Below, in pieces: positions 21,325 to 31,236 of a stretch of 32,000 nucleotides of DNA. The DNA lies in assembly GCF_001457595.1 (NCBI RefSeq), contig NZ_LN831039.1, positions 240,001 through 272,000 of the forward strand, read 5' to 3'. The position numbers were made by a program, and so were the translations under genes. This DNA is from Mycolicibacterium smegmatis (GTDB lineage Bacteria; Actinomycetota; Actinomycetes; Mycobacteriales; Mycobacteriaceae). How positions within the stretch are numbered: position 1 is the stretch's first letter; the number at the start of each line of letters is the position of its first letter. The notes beneath the pieces were generated by a model. It ran no database searches, had not been told where the DNA came from, and was given only the letters and a program-made list of their open reading frames with translations.

Positions 21325-21803
21325 CGGCCCGGGACACGCAGCGGGCGCGCGTCTACGCCGCTGAGGAATTCGTGCGGACGATGTTCGACCGTGCCGCACA
21401 ACACAGTTCGCGCGCCATCGACTTCTTCGGGACCCAGCTCACGCTGCCGCCCGAGGCGAAGTTCGGATCCGTTGCGGCAGTGCAGCGTTACGTCGACGAC
21501 GTGATCGCGCGCGTCGGCGCGGCGCCCGTGGCGGTGCGGGCCCGCCGCGGCACCAAGGCCGCTCACTACGAGATCGAGAACGCCGTCATCGCGGTTCCCG
21601 AGCAGCAGACCACCTGGGCGCTGCGCGAACTCGTGGTGCTGCACGAACTCGCCCACCACCTGTGCGCCACAGGGCCCGATCCCGACGGCCCGGCGCACGG
21701 CCCGCAGTTCGTGGCGACCTACTGCGAACTGTGCGAGACGGTCATGGGACCCGAGGTGGGCCTGGTGCTGCGGATGGTCTACGCCAAGGAGGGTGTCAGC
21801 TGA
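21321..21803 (+). CDS. Putative zinc metallohydrolase with an HExxH motif (TIGR04338-like, Rv0185-like)
   Basis: GTG at 21321 overlaps the upstream stop codon (GTGA). It has LVVLHELAHHLCATGPDPDGPAHGPQF (HExxH plus a downstream H-G). Confidence 0.7.
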   Translation: MTARDTQRARVYAAEEFVRTMFDRAAQHSSRAIDFFGTQLTLPPEAKFGSVAAVQRYVDDVIARVGAAPVAVRARRGTKAAHYEIENAVIAVPEQQTTWALRELVVLHELAHHLCATGPDPDGPAHGPQFVATYCELCETVMGPEVGLVLRMVYAKEGVS

Positions 21804-22479
21804 CTGCGCTAGCCTGACGCTCGTGGCAGAACCCAGTGATGTAGACGTCCTGTTCAACCAACTGCTGCAGACCGAGGACCAGGCGCTGGCCGCAGCGCGG
21901 GAATCCACGCAGGCCGCGGGCATGCCCGCGATCGAGGTATCGGCGCAACACGGCAAGCTGCTGTCGCTGCTCGCGACGATGTCCGGGGCACGACGCGTCC
22001 TGGAGATCGGCACCCTCGGGGGTTACAGCACCATCAACCTCGCACGCGGTGCCGGTGCCGACGGCCGCGTCGTCACCCTCGAATTCGAACCGCGCCACGC
22101 CGAGGTGGCCCGCGCCAACCTGCAGCGCGCCGGCGTCGCCGACCGCGTCGAGATCATCGTCGGCGCGGCCCTCGAAAGCCTGCCGCGGCTCGCCGAGCGC
22201 GGCGAGGTCTTCGACTTCGTGTTCATCGACGCCGACAAGGAGAACAACGTCGCCTACGTCGAGTGGGCGATCAAGCTCGGGCACCCGGGCACAGTTGTCG
22301 TGGTGGACAATGTGACCCGGTTCGGCCGCGTCCTCGAACCCGCTCCCGACGACCTGCAGGCCCGAGGCGTGCGCGACATGTTGCAGATGATGGGCGAGCA
22401 CCCGCGCCTCGACGCCGCCGCCATCCAGACGGTCGGCGCCAAGGGCTGGGACGGCTTCGCCGTCGCGGTGATCAGCTGA
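21793..22479 (+). CDS. Class I SAM-dependent O-methyltransferase (caffeoyl-CoA OMT-like, Rv0187-like)
   Basis: LATMSGARRVLEIGTLGGYSTINLA (SAM motif I), FDFVFIDADKENN (cation-dependent OMT motif). The start is GTG 21793 (11-nt overlap with the upstream gene) or GTG 21823. Confidence 0.85.
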   Translation: MSADCASLTLVAEPSDVDVLFNQLLQTEDQALAAARESTQAAGMPAIEVSAQHGKLLSLLATMSGARRVLEIGTLGGYSTINLARGAGADGRVVTLEFEPRHAEVARANLQRAGVADRVEIIVGAALESLPRLAERGEVFDFVFIDADKENNVAYVEWAIKLGHPGTVVVVDNVTRFGRVLEPAPDDLQARGVRDMLQMMGEHPRLDAAAIQTVGAKGWDGFAVAVIS

Positions 22480-22486
22480 GCCGTGA

Positions 22487-25384
22487 TCAGTTGACGGCGT
22501 CTGCCGGTTCGCGCTGAATCGGCTTCGGCCACGGCGAGGGCTTCGGGCGCCGGCGCACCATCTGGGGCCACCAGAACCACTTGCCCAGCAGGGCCGCGAT
22601 CGACGGCGTCATGAACGAGCGGATCACCAGGGTGTCGAACAGCAGGCCCAGGCCGATCGTGGTGCCGACCTGGCCGATGATCGCCAGTTCGCTTACGGCC
22701 ATGGACATCATGGTGAATGCGAACACCAGACCGGCTGCGGTCACCACTGAACCGCTGCCGCCCATGGCGCGGATCATGCCCGTGTCGAGGCCGGCGTGGA
22801 TCTCCTCCTTGATGCGTGACACCAGCAGCAGGTTGTAGTCGGCACCGACGGCCAGCAGCACGATCACCGCCATGGCCAGCACCATCCAGTGCAGTTCCAA
22901 CCCGACCAGGTGCTGCCAGATGAGCACCGACAGGCCGAACGCGCTGCCGAGGGAGATCACCACCGTGCCGACGATCACCGCCGAGGCCACCACGGCCCGC
23001 GTGATGATCAGCATGATGATGAAAATGAGGCACAGCGCCGCGATGCCGGCGATGATCAGGTCGTAGTTGGCGCCTTCCTGCATGTCCTTGAAGGTCGCCG
23101 CGGTGCCGCCGAGGTAGATCTTCGAGCCCTCCAGCGGCGTGCCCTTGATGGCCTCCTTCGCCGCGAGCTTGATGTCGTCGATCTTCTGGATGCCTTCCGG
23201 GCTCATCGGATCGCCCTCGTGGCTGATGATGAAACGGACCGCGTGCCCGTCGGGCGACAGGAACATCTTCATGCCGCGCTTGAAGTCCGGGTTGTCGAAG
23301 GTCTCCGGCGGCAGGTAGAACGAGTCGTCGTTCTTGGCCTTGTCGAAGGCCTCACCCATCGCGGTGGAGTTCTCCTGCATCGCGGCCATCTGATCCTGAA
23401 GACCGGCGTTGGTGGCCTGCATGGTCAGCATCATGGTCTTCATGGTCTTCATGGTCGTGATCATGGGTTCCATGTTCGCGATCATCACCGGGATCAGTGC
23501 GTTCATGCGGTCCATGTCAGGGACGATCTGCTCGAAATCCGCTGTCATGGTGTCGATTCCGTCCATGGTGTCGAAAATCGACCGCAGGGAGTAGCACATC
23601 GGGATGTTGTAGCAGTGCGGTTCCCAGTACAGGTAGTTGCGGATCGGCCGGAAGAAATCGTCGAAATCGCTGATGTTGTCGCGCAATTCCTTGATGTCGT
23701 CGACCATGCCGTGCATCTTGCCCACCATGCTGTTCATGGTGTCGCGCATCTGCTCCATGAGCGCGATCATCTTGGTCATGGTGTCGACGGTGACCTGCAT
23801 CTGATCGGCCTGAACCAGCATGTCCGCCATGCGATCCTGCATGTACTTCTGGTTCATGGTCTGCGTGGTGCCCTGCATGCTGATGGTGAACGGGATCGAG
23901 GTGTGCTCGATGGGCGTGCCCTGCGGACGCGTGATGGCCTGCACCCGTGAGACACCCGGAACCCCGACGACGCGCTTGGCGATGCGCTCGATCACCAGGA
24001 AGTCGGCGCTGTTGCGCAGGTCGTGGTCCGACTCGATCATCAGCAGTTCCGGGTTCATCCGGGCCTGCGAGAAGTGCCGGTCGGCCGCGGCGTAGCCGCT
24101 GTTGGCCGGAAGGTCGGCGGGCTGGTAGTCACGGTCGTTGTAGTTGGTGCGGTAGCCCGGCAGCGCCAGCAGGCCGATCATCGACAACCCGACCGCGGCC
24201 ACCAGGATCGGACCCGGCCAACGCACCACGGCCGCACCGACTTTGCGCCAGCCGCGGGTGCGCATCGCACGCTTGGGCTCGAGCGTCTTGCCGAACCGGC
24301 TGGCCACTGTGATGATGGCGGGTCCGACGGCCAGGGCCGTGAGCACCACGACAGTCATGCCGATGGCCAGCGGGATGCCCAGCGACTGGAAGTACGGCAT
24401 GCGGGTGAAGTGCAGGCACAGCGTGGCGCCCGCGATGGTCATGCCGGAACCCAGCACGACGTGCGCCGTGCTGTGGAACATCGTGTAGTACGCCTGTTCG
24501 CGGCTCTCGCCGACACTTCTGGCCTCTTGATAACGGCCTATCAAAAAGATCGCGTAATCGGTCGCCGCGGCGATCGCCAGCGTCACCAGCAGGTTGGTGG
24601 CGAACGTCGACAGGCCGATGATCTCGTAGTAGCCGAGGAAGGCGATGACGCCGCGCGCGGCGGCGAGGGAGAACACCACCATCACCAGCGACAGGATCAC
24701 CGTGATGATCGAGCGGTAGACCATCAGCAGCATGATGATGATGACCGTGAAGGTCAGCGCTTCGATCATCCGCATCGAGCGGTCACCGGCGATCTGCTGA
24801 TCGGCCGACATGGCGGCCGGTCCGGTCACGTACGCCGTGACGCCCGGGGGCGCCTGGACGCTGTCGACGATGTCCTGGACGGCCTTGACCGACTCGTTGG
24901 CCAGCGCCTCACCCTGGTTGCCCGCGGTGTAGACCTGCACGTACGACGCGAGGCCGTCGGAGCTCTGCGCGCCAGAGGCGGTGAGCGGGTCGCCCCAGAA
25001 GTCCTGGACGTGCTCGATGTGCGTCTTGTCGGCCTCGAGCTTGTCGACGATCTCGTCGTAGTACTTGTGTGCCTCGTCGCCGAGGGGCTGCTCGCCCTCC
25101 AGCACGATCATCACCGAGCTGTTGGACTTGAACTCTTCGAACACCTCGCCGACGCGCTTCATCGCGATCATCGAGGGTGCGTCGTCGGGGCTCATCGACA
25201 CCGACCGCATCTCCCCGACCTCTTCGAGCTGGGGGACGATCGTGTTCAGCACGGCGATGAGGGCGACCCAGACCAGGATTATCGGCACCGCCAGCGTGCG
25301 GATGAGCTTGGCGATGCCGCCGTGGTTGGTGTACTTGCCGTGTGCCGACGGAATGGCTTCGGTCGGTGCGTCGGGGGTGCTCAT
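22487..25384 (-). CDS. mmpL: MmpL-family RND transporter (MmpL4/MmpL5-like)
   Basis: 965 aa. The N-terminal third is collinear by eye with my remembered MmpL5 ([37 protein letters not shown]..., [49 protein letters not shown]). There are two six-TM bundles. The ATG overlaps the mmpS stop codon (ATGA). Confidence 0.95.
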   Translation of the reverse strand: MSTPDAPTEAIPSAHGKYTNHGGIAKLIRTLAVPIILVWVALIAVLNTIVPQLEEVGEMRSVSMSPDDAPSMIAMKRVGEVFEEFKSNSSVMIVLEGEQPLGDEAHKYYDEIVDKLEADKTHIEHVQDFWGDPLTASGAQSSDGLASYVQVYTAGNQGEALANESVKAVQDIVDSVQAPPGVTAYVTGPAAMSADQQIAGDRSMRMIEALTFTVIIIMLLMVYRSIITVILSLVMVVFSLAAARGVIAFLGYYEIIGLSTFATNLLVTLAIAAATDYAIFLIGRYQEARSVGESREQAYYTMFHSTAHVVLGSGMTIAGATLCLHFTRMPYFQSLGIPLAIGMTVVVLTALAVGPAIITVASRFGKTLEPKRAMRTRGWRKVGAAVVRWPGPILVAAVGLSMIGLLALPGYRTNYNDRDYQPADLPANSGYAAADRHFSQARMNPELLMIESDHDLRNSADFLVIERIAKRVVGVPGVSRVQAITRPQGTPIEHTSIPFTISMQGTTQTMNQKYMQDRMADMLVQADQMQVTVDTMTKMIALMEQMRDTMNSMVGKMHGMVDDIKELRDNISDFDDFFRPIRNYLYWEPHCYNIPMCYSLRSIFDTMDGIDTMTADFEQIVPDMDRMNALIPVMIANMEPMITTMKTMKTMMLTMQATNAGLQDQMAAMQENSTAMGEAFDKAKNDDSFYLPPETFDNPDFKRGMKMFLSPDGHAVRFIISHEGDPMSPEGIQKIDDIKLAAKEAIKGTPLEGSKIYLGGTAATFKDMQEGANYDLIIAGIAALCLIFIIMLIITRAVVASAVIVGTVVISLGSAFGLSVLIWQHLVGLELHWMVLAMAVIVLLAVGADYNLLLVSRIKEEIHAGLDTGMIRAMGGSGSVVTAAGLVFAFTMMSMAVSELAIIGQVGTTIGLGLLFDTLVIRSFMTPSIAALLGKWFWWPQMVRRRPKPSPWPKPIQREPADAVN

Positions 25385-25809
25385 GCAGATTTCACCAGGC
25401 AGAAGGTCTGGGCGTTCACGCCGTTGGAGGTGCGCTCGTCTTTGAGTTCATCGTCGACGGTGATCCGGCAGGTGATGGAGTCGCCGTTGCCCTGCGCGAC
25501 GATGTTGGGGAACACCGAGGGCGCGGTCGTGGACAGGGTCAGCGTCCAGGGCAGGCTGACCCCGTCGACGCGTTGCGGCTGGGCGTCGAGGTCCAGGTAG
25601 TTCACGTCAGCGGTCGCGCCGGGCTCGCCGTAGATCTCGTAGATCACGACCTTGGGATCGAACGGTTTGGTGTCGTCGACCTTCGCACTCGCGAGGCTCG
25701 GATCGTCACCGGAACCGAAGAACGTGCGCACGCGCATCACGGTGAACGCGCCGACGAGTACCACCACACCGATGAGCAGAGGAATCCAGAACCGCTTCAA
25801 CAGCTTCAT
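25381..25809 (-). CDS. mmpS: MmpS-family membrane protein
   Basis: ATG at 25809. [28 protein letters not shown] forms a single TM segment. The C-terminal domain ends ...[31 protein letters not shown], typical of MmpS. The product is 142 aa. Confidence 0.9.
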   Translation of the reverse strand: MKLLKRFWIPLLIGVVVLVGAFTVMRVRTFFGSGDDPSLASAKVDDTKPFDPKVVIYEIYGEPGATADVNYLDLDAQPQRVDGVSLPWTLTLSTTAPSVFPNIVAQGNGDSITCRITVDDELKDERTSNGVNAQTFCLVKSA

Positions 25810-25885
25810 GGTCGGTGGCCGGCCTTTCGCGTAAGGGGAGCCCTCAAGGAAGCAGCGTGTCCGTTGGGGGTGGCCGCAGCGCAGA

Positions 25886-25910
25886 CCAGGCACGTGGCAT
25901 GCGTGCTTGG
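25886..25910. promoter_or_regulatory. Imperfect palindrome, candidate TetR operator in the mmpS/tetR divergent region
   Basis: CCAGGCACG (25886-25894), a 7-nt spacer, then CGTGCTTGG (25902-25910); the arms are complementary at 8 of 9 positions. An odd palindrome AGACAGTCT and AGTCGG direct repeats lie nearby at about 25964-26010. Confidence 0.25.
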
Positions 25911-26054
25911 CATCGCTGGCTCCTCCCCGCAGAATCCTTGCCGGACGACAAGAGAAACCTATACAGTCGGCTAACCGGGATCAAGTCGGAAGACAGTCTA
26001 AGAGTGTGATGTGGCCCGCGCCTGGGTTGGTCCGGCGCGACGAAGGGACGGGGT

Positions 26055-26624
26055 GTGGCGAAGTCGGTTGCACCGCGCGGATTCGCGCGCGAGCGGGTGC
26101 TCGAAGCGGCGCTGAACCTGTTTGCCGAGCATGGCGTCAACGGCACATCGTTGCAGATGATCGCCGACCGTCTCGGTGTCAGCAAAGCTGCCGTCTACTA
26201 CCAGTTCCACTCCAAGGACGACATCGTCTTCGCTGTCGTCGAGCCGATTTTCGGCGATATGCGCCGCGTGCTGAGGATCGCCGAGGCCATGTCGTCGCCC
26301 GACGCGCGACGTGAGGCCGCTGTCAGCGGCATGGTCGAATTGGCGGTGCGGCACCGGCGCGTCTCGGCGGTGTTCCACGGCGATCCCGCCATCGACAATT
26401 TGGTGCACAGTCGCAAGGATCTCCACGAGGTCATCGAACGACTCACCGCGATCCTGCTGGGGCCGGAACCGGGCACCGCCTGCCGCGTGATGATGTCGAT
26501 GTTGGCTTCCGGGATCTTCAGCAGCGCAATGGATCCCGAGCTCGCCGACATCGATGACGAGGAACTGCACCGTGTGTTGCTCGACTGTACGCAGCGATTG
26601 TTGAACGCACCGGTTTCCAGTTAG
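26055..26624 (+). CDS. TetR-family transcriptional regulator
   Basis: GTG at 26055 with GAAGGGACGGGG upstream. RERVLEAALNLFAEHGVNGTSLQMIADRLGVSKAAVYYQFHSKDDIV is a canonical TetR HTH. Confidence 0.9.
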   Translation: MAKSVAPRGFARERVLEAALNLFAEHGVNGTSLQMIADRLGVSKAAVYYQFHSKDDIVFAVVEPIFGDMRRVLRIAEAMSSPDARREAAVSGMVELAVRHRRVSAVFHGDPAIDNLVHSRKDLHEVIERLTAILLGPEPGTACRVMMSMLASGIFSSAMDPELADIDDEELHRVLLDCTQRLLNAPVSS

Positions 26625-26696
26625 GCCGCTTGCGGCTGCGTCAAAACCGCCTCTGGCCGAGGTGTCCGGGTCATATCCTGACCGAAGGTGGTTGGG

Positions 26697-29573
26697 ATGG
26701 TGGCCTGTGGCACGTGCGGCACCGAACTTCGTCAGGGCGCGAGGTTCTGTGACTCGTGCGGTACGGCAATCGTCGACGGGTCCAAACACGCTGAGTACAA
26801 ACAGGTCACGGTGCTGTTCGCCGACGTCGTGGACTCGATGCGGTTGGCTGCGGCGGTCGGCGCCGAGCGGTTGCGGGAGATCCTCTCGGCGCTGGTGAGC
26901 AGATGCTCGGGCGTCGTCGGGCATTACGGCGGCACCGTCGACAAGTTCACCGGCGACGGCATCATGGCGCTGTTCGGCGCCCCACTGGCGCTGGAGGACC
27001 ATGCCCTACGGGCCTGCCTCGCGGCGCTGGATCTGCAGTACGAGAGCCACAGGCTGGCCGACGAACTCGACCTTCCCGCCGGGGTCGGTCTGCAGATCCG
27101 GGTCGGTCTCAACTCGGGCCAGGTGATCGCCGGCGAGATGAGCGCGGGCGGTTTCGGCTACACCGCGATCGGCGAACAGGTGGGCATGGCTCAGCGCATG
27201 GAATCGGTCGCACCCCACGGCGGCATCATGTGCAGCGACACCACCGCCCGACTGGTCGAGGACTCCGTGCTGCTCGGTGCGCCGGAGATGTTGCGCGTCA
27301 AGGGTTGTGACCGTCCGGTCGCGGCGCGGCGGTTGCTCGCCGCCACCAACGCGGCCCACGGGGGCCGCAGCGATCCCACACTCGTGGGGCGAAGCTGGGA
27401 GCTCAACACCATCGCGGGTCTGCTCGACGAGGCCGTCGAGGGTCGCGGAGGCATCGTCAGCGTCGTGGGGCCGCCCGGTATCGGCAAGAGTCGCATGGTG
27501 CGGGAATCGATCGAGCTGGCGCGCCGTCGTGGCGTCGCGGTGTTCTACACGTACTGCGAATCGCACGCGAGCGATGTCCCGTTCCACGTGGTCGTGCCGC
27601 TGCTACGCGAGGGGTTCGGGGTGGCCGGGCTCGACCCCGCTGCAGCGCGTGTGCGGGTACGTTCGCTGGTACCCGACGCCGATCCGGAAGACCTGCTGCT
27701 GCTCGACGACGTGCTGGGCATCGCCGATCCGGACGTCCCGATGCCCGACCTCGACGCCGACGCGCGTCGCCGTCGCGTCGCCGCACTGGTCAACGCGGCA
27801 TCGCTGGCGCGTCGGGAACCCGGGCTCTACGTCCTGGAGGACGCGCACTGGATCGACGAGGTCAGCGAATCCATGCTTGCCGAGTTCCTGACCGTCGTCA
27901 CCCACACCCACTCCGTCATGCTGATCACCTACCGGCCCGAATACACCGGCGTGCTGGCCCGGGTCAGTGGCGCGCAGACAATCGCGTTGCGGCCCTTGAC
28001 CGATGGGCAGACGTCGACGTTGCTGACCGAACTGCTCGGGCCCGACGCCGCGGCGCACCAGCTCGCCGGCCTGATCGCCGACCGGGCGGCAGGCAACCCG
28101 TTTTTCACGCAGGAGATCGTGCGTGACCTCGCCGAGCGCGGTGTGCTGCGCGGCGAACGCGGCGCGTACCGGTTCCACGGTGCCGACGTCGAGATCGGTG
28201 TGCCCGCGACGCTGCAGGCCACGATCGCCGCGCGCATCGACCGGCTCGAAGTGGAAGCCAAACGGACGCTGAGCGCGGCGGCCGTGATCGGCCTCCGGTT
28301 CGGGCCGGACATGCTGGCCGCGCTGGGGGCCGACGTGTCGATGCAGGCGCTCATCGATGCAGAACTGGTCGACCAGGTGATGTTCGCCCCGCGGCCCGAG
28401 TACGCATTCCGGCACCCGTTGATCCGGATGGTGGCGCTGGAGTCGCAGCTCAAATCCGATCGGGCCGAGCTACATCGGCGCCTCGCGGTCGACATCGAAC
28501 GGCGGGCACCGCACGCCGCGGACGAGCACGCGGCGCTGATCGCCGATCACTACGAGGAGGCCGGCGACCTGCGCGCGGCGTTCACGTGGCACATGCGGGC
28601 CGGCACCTGGTTGACCAACCGGGACATCGATGCCGCGAGGCTGAGCTGGCAGCGTGCGCGCCATGTCGCCGACCAGCTTCCGCATGACGCCGAGGACCGC
28701 GCGGCGATGACGATCGCGCCACGCACCTTGCTGTGCCTTAGCACGTGGCGGGCCGGCGGCCACCTCTCCGACACCGGTTTCGACGAGCTGTGCGCGCTGG
28801 CCGCCGCCGCCGATGACAAGGTGTCGCTCGCAACCGCGATGGCGGGTCAGGTGTCGGCCCTGCTGGTGCATGCGCATTATCGCGAATCTTCCAGCTTGGC
28901 TTCCGAACTCACGAGCCTGCTGGAGTCCGTCGGGGATCGGCGGCTCACCGTCGCACTGCTCTTTGCGGCGCTCGGGGCGAAGTTCCAGACCGGCGAGGCC
29001 AACGAGGTGGTGCGGTTGGCCGACCGCCTGATCGAACTGGCCGACGGCGACGCCAACATGGGCAACCTGATCATCGGGTCGCCGTTGGTGACGGCATGGA
29101 CCGTGGGCGGCATGGCGCGGGCGTGCCTCGGCGACCCGGACTGGCGGACAGGTCTGGACCGCGCAACACCTTTGGTGCGCGACTTCGGCATCACGACGCG
29201 CGCACTGATGCTCACCTACAAGTGCATCGGCCTGCCGACGGGGCTCCTGCTCCCCAGCCCGGAGCTGCTGGAGGAAAGTTGTGAGGTGCTCGAGGTCGCT
29301 CAGCGGTCCGCCGATGACCTCGCCTTGGCCGGCGCCCAGGTGTCCCGGGGGCTACTGCTGCTCTGGCAGGGTGGGCCGTACCGCGACGAGGCTCTGGAAT
29401 TACTGAGCCTGGGCCGCGAGGCGTCTGTGCGGGAACAGTTCACCATGGCTGCGGTGCCTGCGGTCGACACAGAGTTGGCCCGTGACATGGCCGCGCGCGG
29501 CGATCTGGACGTTGCGATCGAGTTGGCGCGCGACGTTGTCGACACCAGCATCGACAGTGGCGAGGCGATAAAC
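26697..29573 (+). pseudogene. 5' fragment of an IS-disrupted gene: zinc-ribbon + class III nucleotidyl cyclase homology domain + P-loop (STAND/AAA-type) NTPase + TPR-like helical repeats
   Basis: ATG at 26697 with GAAGG upstream; an alternative GTG is at 26688. Domains: CGTCGTELRQGARFCDSCG (zinc ribbon), VLFADVVDS ... KFTGDGIMALFGAP ... RVGLNSG (cyclase), VVGPPGIGKSRMV (Walker A), LYVLEDAHWID (Walker B-like), then a long helical region. After codon ...GEAIN (29573) the frame runs into IS sequence and stops after 8 more codons at 29600. Confidence 0.8.
29567..29573. repeat. Left copy of the 7-bp target-site duplication GATAAAC
   Basis: It is identical to 31230-31236. Joining the two copies restores one continuous reading frame across the disrupted gene. 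Confidence 0.65.
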
Positions 29574-31229
29574 CTGAATCCGTGGAGCGGCCCTCCTTGA
29601 GGTGTCCGTGTGTGGTTTCTGCTGCGTTCGGTGTTGCGGGCATGCGGTAGTTGCTGGTCTGCCCAGCTTTTCCTGTGTGCTCCGGTTGGGCCTGTTCGGC
29701 GCGTTGGTCAGGTCGTTGCCGGTAGCGGTGGGCTGTATCCGATGGTGTTGCGCCACAACGTGAGCCAGTGCTCTGTCCAGGGCCAGTGCTCGGGGAGGTG
29801 CAGGATCGGTCGACGCTGGGGTCGGGCCAGACGGGCGGGAATGTTGACGATCTTGCGGCGCAGCGTCGCGCCGCGGGCAACCACGTGGGCACCTCCTGCG
29901 AGCACGCCGGCGGCGCGCAGCAGGTTGTGCGCGATCGCCGCGCACAACACCCACGCACTGTTGGCACCGAACTGTCCTGAGGGCATGTGGGCCAGGGGTC
30001 CGTCGATCAGATCGGCGAAGACGGTTTCGATGATCGCGTGCTGGCGGTGGGTGATGTCAGCCTCGGCGGTCGGCAAGTCTGTGTTGGTGAAGAACGGGTG
30101 ATACCGCCACACCGGGAACAGCGCGTCCCGAAATCTCGCGTCTTTGACTCGCCGCACCACCAACCGCGCGGTGAACCGATCTTTGGTAGAGGCGAAGGCG
30201 GTGTAGCTGACCTCGGCGACCTCGGCATCAGAAATCCAGTCACCGGTGTCGGGATCACGCACTGCACCGGGATAGTTGACCGGCTCCCAGGCCTGCTCGT
30301 CGATCGAACTGATGGCCCGATCAACCGCGGTATTGCGGGTCATCACCACCGAGAAGTGCGCATTGTGGGCTCGGCAGGCGCCCACCACCGACCGGGTGCC
30401 GTAGGACGAATCGCCACGCACCAGCAGTTGCCCGCGCACGCCGGCGGCGCGGGCGGTGGCGATGGCTTGGGCGACCATGCGGCCCGCACCCTTCCCGGAA
30501 CTGGTCTTACCGGCGCGCAGCCGCATCCCGGCGATCACCGGCGCCGCTCCGGGGGTGCTGATCGTCGTCGCCAACGGGGAGAGCCCTTTACGCAGAACCT
30601 GCTTACCAGCGATCTTGGTATGCCCGTAGGAGGCACCCTGTTTGGCGTGGCCATAGACCGGGCGCAGCAGTGAGTCGATGTCGATGAACGCCCCCGTGTC
30701 GGATCCGGGCAGCAGGTCCACCCGCGCACAGAGTGCGGCCAGATGATGACGCAGGACCGACTCCAACTGCCGGGCGTGTCCGAAGGTGAACTCCCGCAAC
30801 AGTGTTCCGATCGTCGATGGTGCATAGACCCCATCGAAGAGCGTCTTCATCCCGCCGCCACGCACGAGGTCGAGGTCATCAATGCTGTCGGCGCCGGCGC
30901 ACATTCCGGCGACCACGGTGAGCAGCTTCGGCGACGGGTTGGCCGACCCGGACTTGATCCGTGGTTCGCTGATACGAACCTTGTCGGCCAGCAACTGTGA
31001 CAGCCCGGTCTGGGTGGCCAGCGTCATTACCGGCACCAGACCGGCGCACGACACGAGATGGGCATCATCGAAGACCGCCGACGACGCAGCGAACCTATGG
31101 GACACTTTCACCGGAAGTGCCTTTCGAAGTTGTGCCGATAAGTGCCTAGAGAACACTCATCATCACAGCTCAGAAGGCACTTTCCTCGTCACGACACCCT
31201 GCGACCAGCCAATTCATCGGTGGATCGAG
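29574..31229 (-). mobile_element. Insertion sequence of about 1.66 kb encoding a single DDE transposase (IS1380-family-like, IS4-related)
   Basis: It is bounded by the direct repeat GATAAAC and carries one long transposase ORF. The termini show only weak inverted similarity (CTGAATCC vs CTCGATCC) plus a subterminal GGTGTC(C)GTG in inverted orientation. The boundaries are inferred from the duplication and the frame restoration. Confidence 0.7.
29708..31156 (-). CDS. DDE transposase (IS1380-family-like)
   Basis: The N-terminal AVFDDAHLVSCAGLVPVMTLATQTGLSQLL and the C-terminal HRQHAIIETVFADLIDGPLAHMPSGQFGANSAWVLCAAIAHNLLRA are typical of IS1380/IS4-type transposases as I remember them. The longest start is GTG 31156. 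In-frame GTGs at 31111 and 31105 are equally possible. Confidence 0.8.
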   Translation of the reverse strand: MFSRHLSAQLRKALPVKVSHRFAASSAVFDDAHLVSCAGLVPVMTLATQTGLSQLLADKVRISEPRIKSGSANPSPKLLTVVAGMCAGADSIDDLDLVRGGGMKTLFDGVYAPSTIGTLLREFTFGHARQLESVLRHHLAALCARVDLLPGSDTGAFIDIDSLLRPVYGHAKQGASYGHTKIAGKQVLRKGLSPLATTISTPGAAPVIAGMRLRAGKTSSGKGAGRMVAQAIATARAAGVRGQLLVRGDSSYGTRSVVGACRAHNAHFSVVMTRNTAVDRAISSIDEQAWEPVNYPGAVRDPDTGDWISDAEVAEVSYTAFASTKDRFTARLVVRRVKDARFRDALFPVWRYHPFFTNTDLPTAEADITHRQHAIIETVFADLIDGPLAHMPSGQFGANSAWVLCAAIAHNLLRAAGVLAGGAHVVARGATLRRKIVNIPARLARPQRRPILHLPEHWPWTEHWLTLWRNTIGYSPPLPATT

Positions 31230-31236
31230 GATAAAC
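31230..31236. repeat. Right copy of the 7-bp target-site duplication GATAAAC
   Basis: See 29567-29573. Confidence 0.65.

Noticed and set aside
22889-25600. Plus-strand ORFs of 353 aa and 525 aa inside the mmpL gene.
   Set aside because: They are antisense artefacts with His/Asp/Arg/Gly-rich translations. The MmpL frame is unambiguous.
25998-28415. Minus-strand ORFs 25998-27002 (334 aa) and 27603-28415 (270 aa).
   Set aside because: They are antisense to the TetR and cyclase/NTPase genes and have no recognisable domains.
29610-30673. Plus-strand ORFs (163 aa and 228 aa) inside the IS.
   Set aside because: They are antisense to the transposase gene with low-complexity products. I see no evidence for a second IS gene or a programmed frameshift.
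29574-31229. Clean terminal inverted repeats of the IS, which I had hoped to report as features.
   Set aside because: The outermost 12 nt match at only 7 of 12 positions in inverted orientation. That is too weak to annotate as IRs without other copies for comparison.
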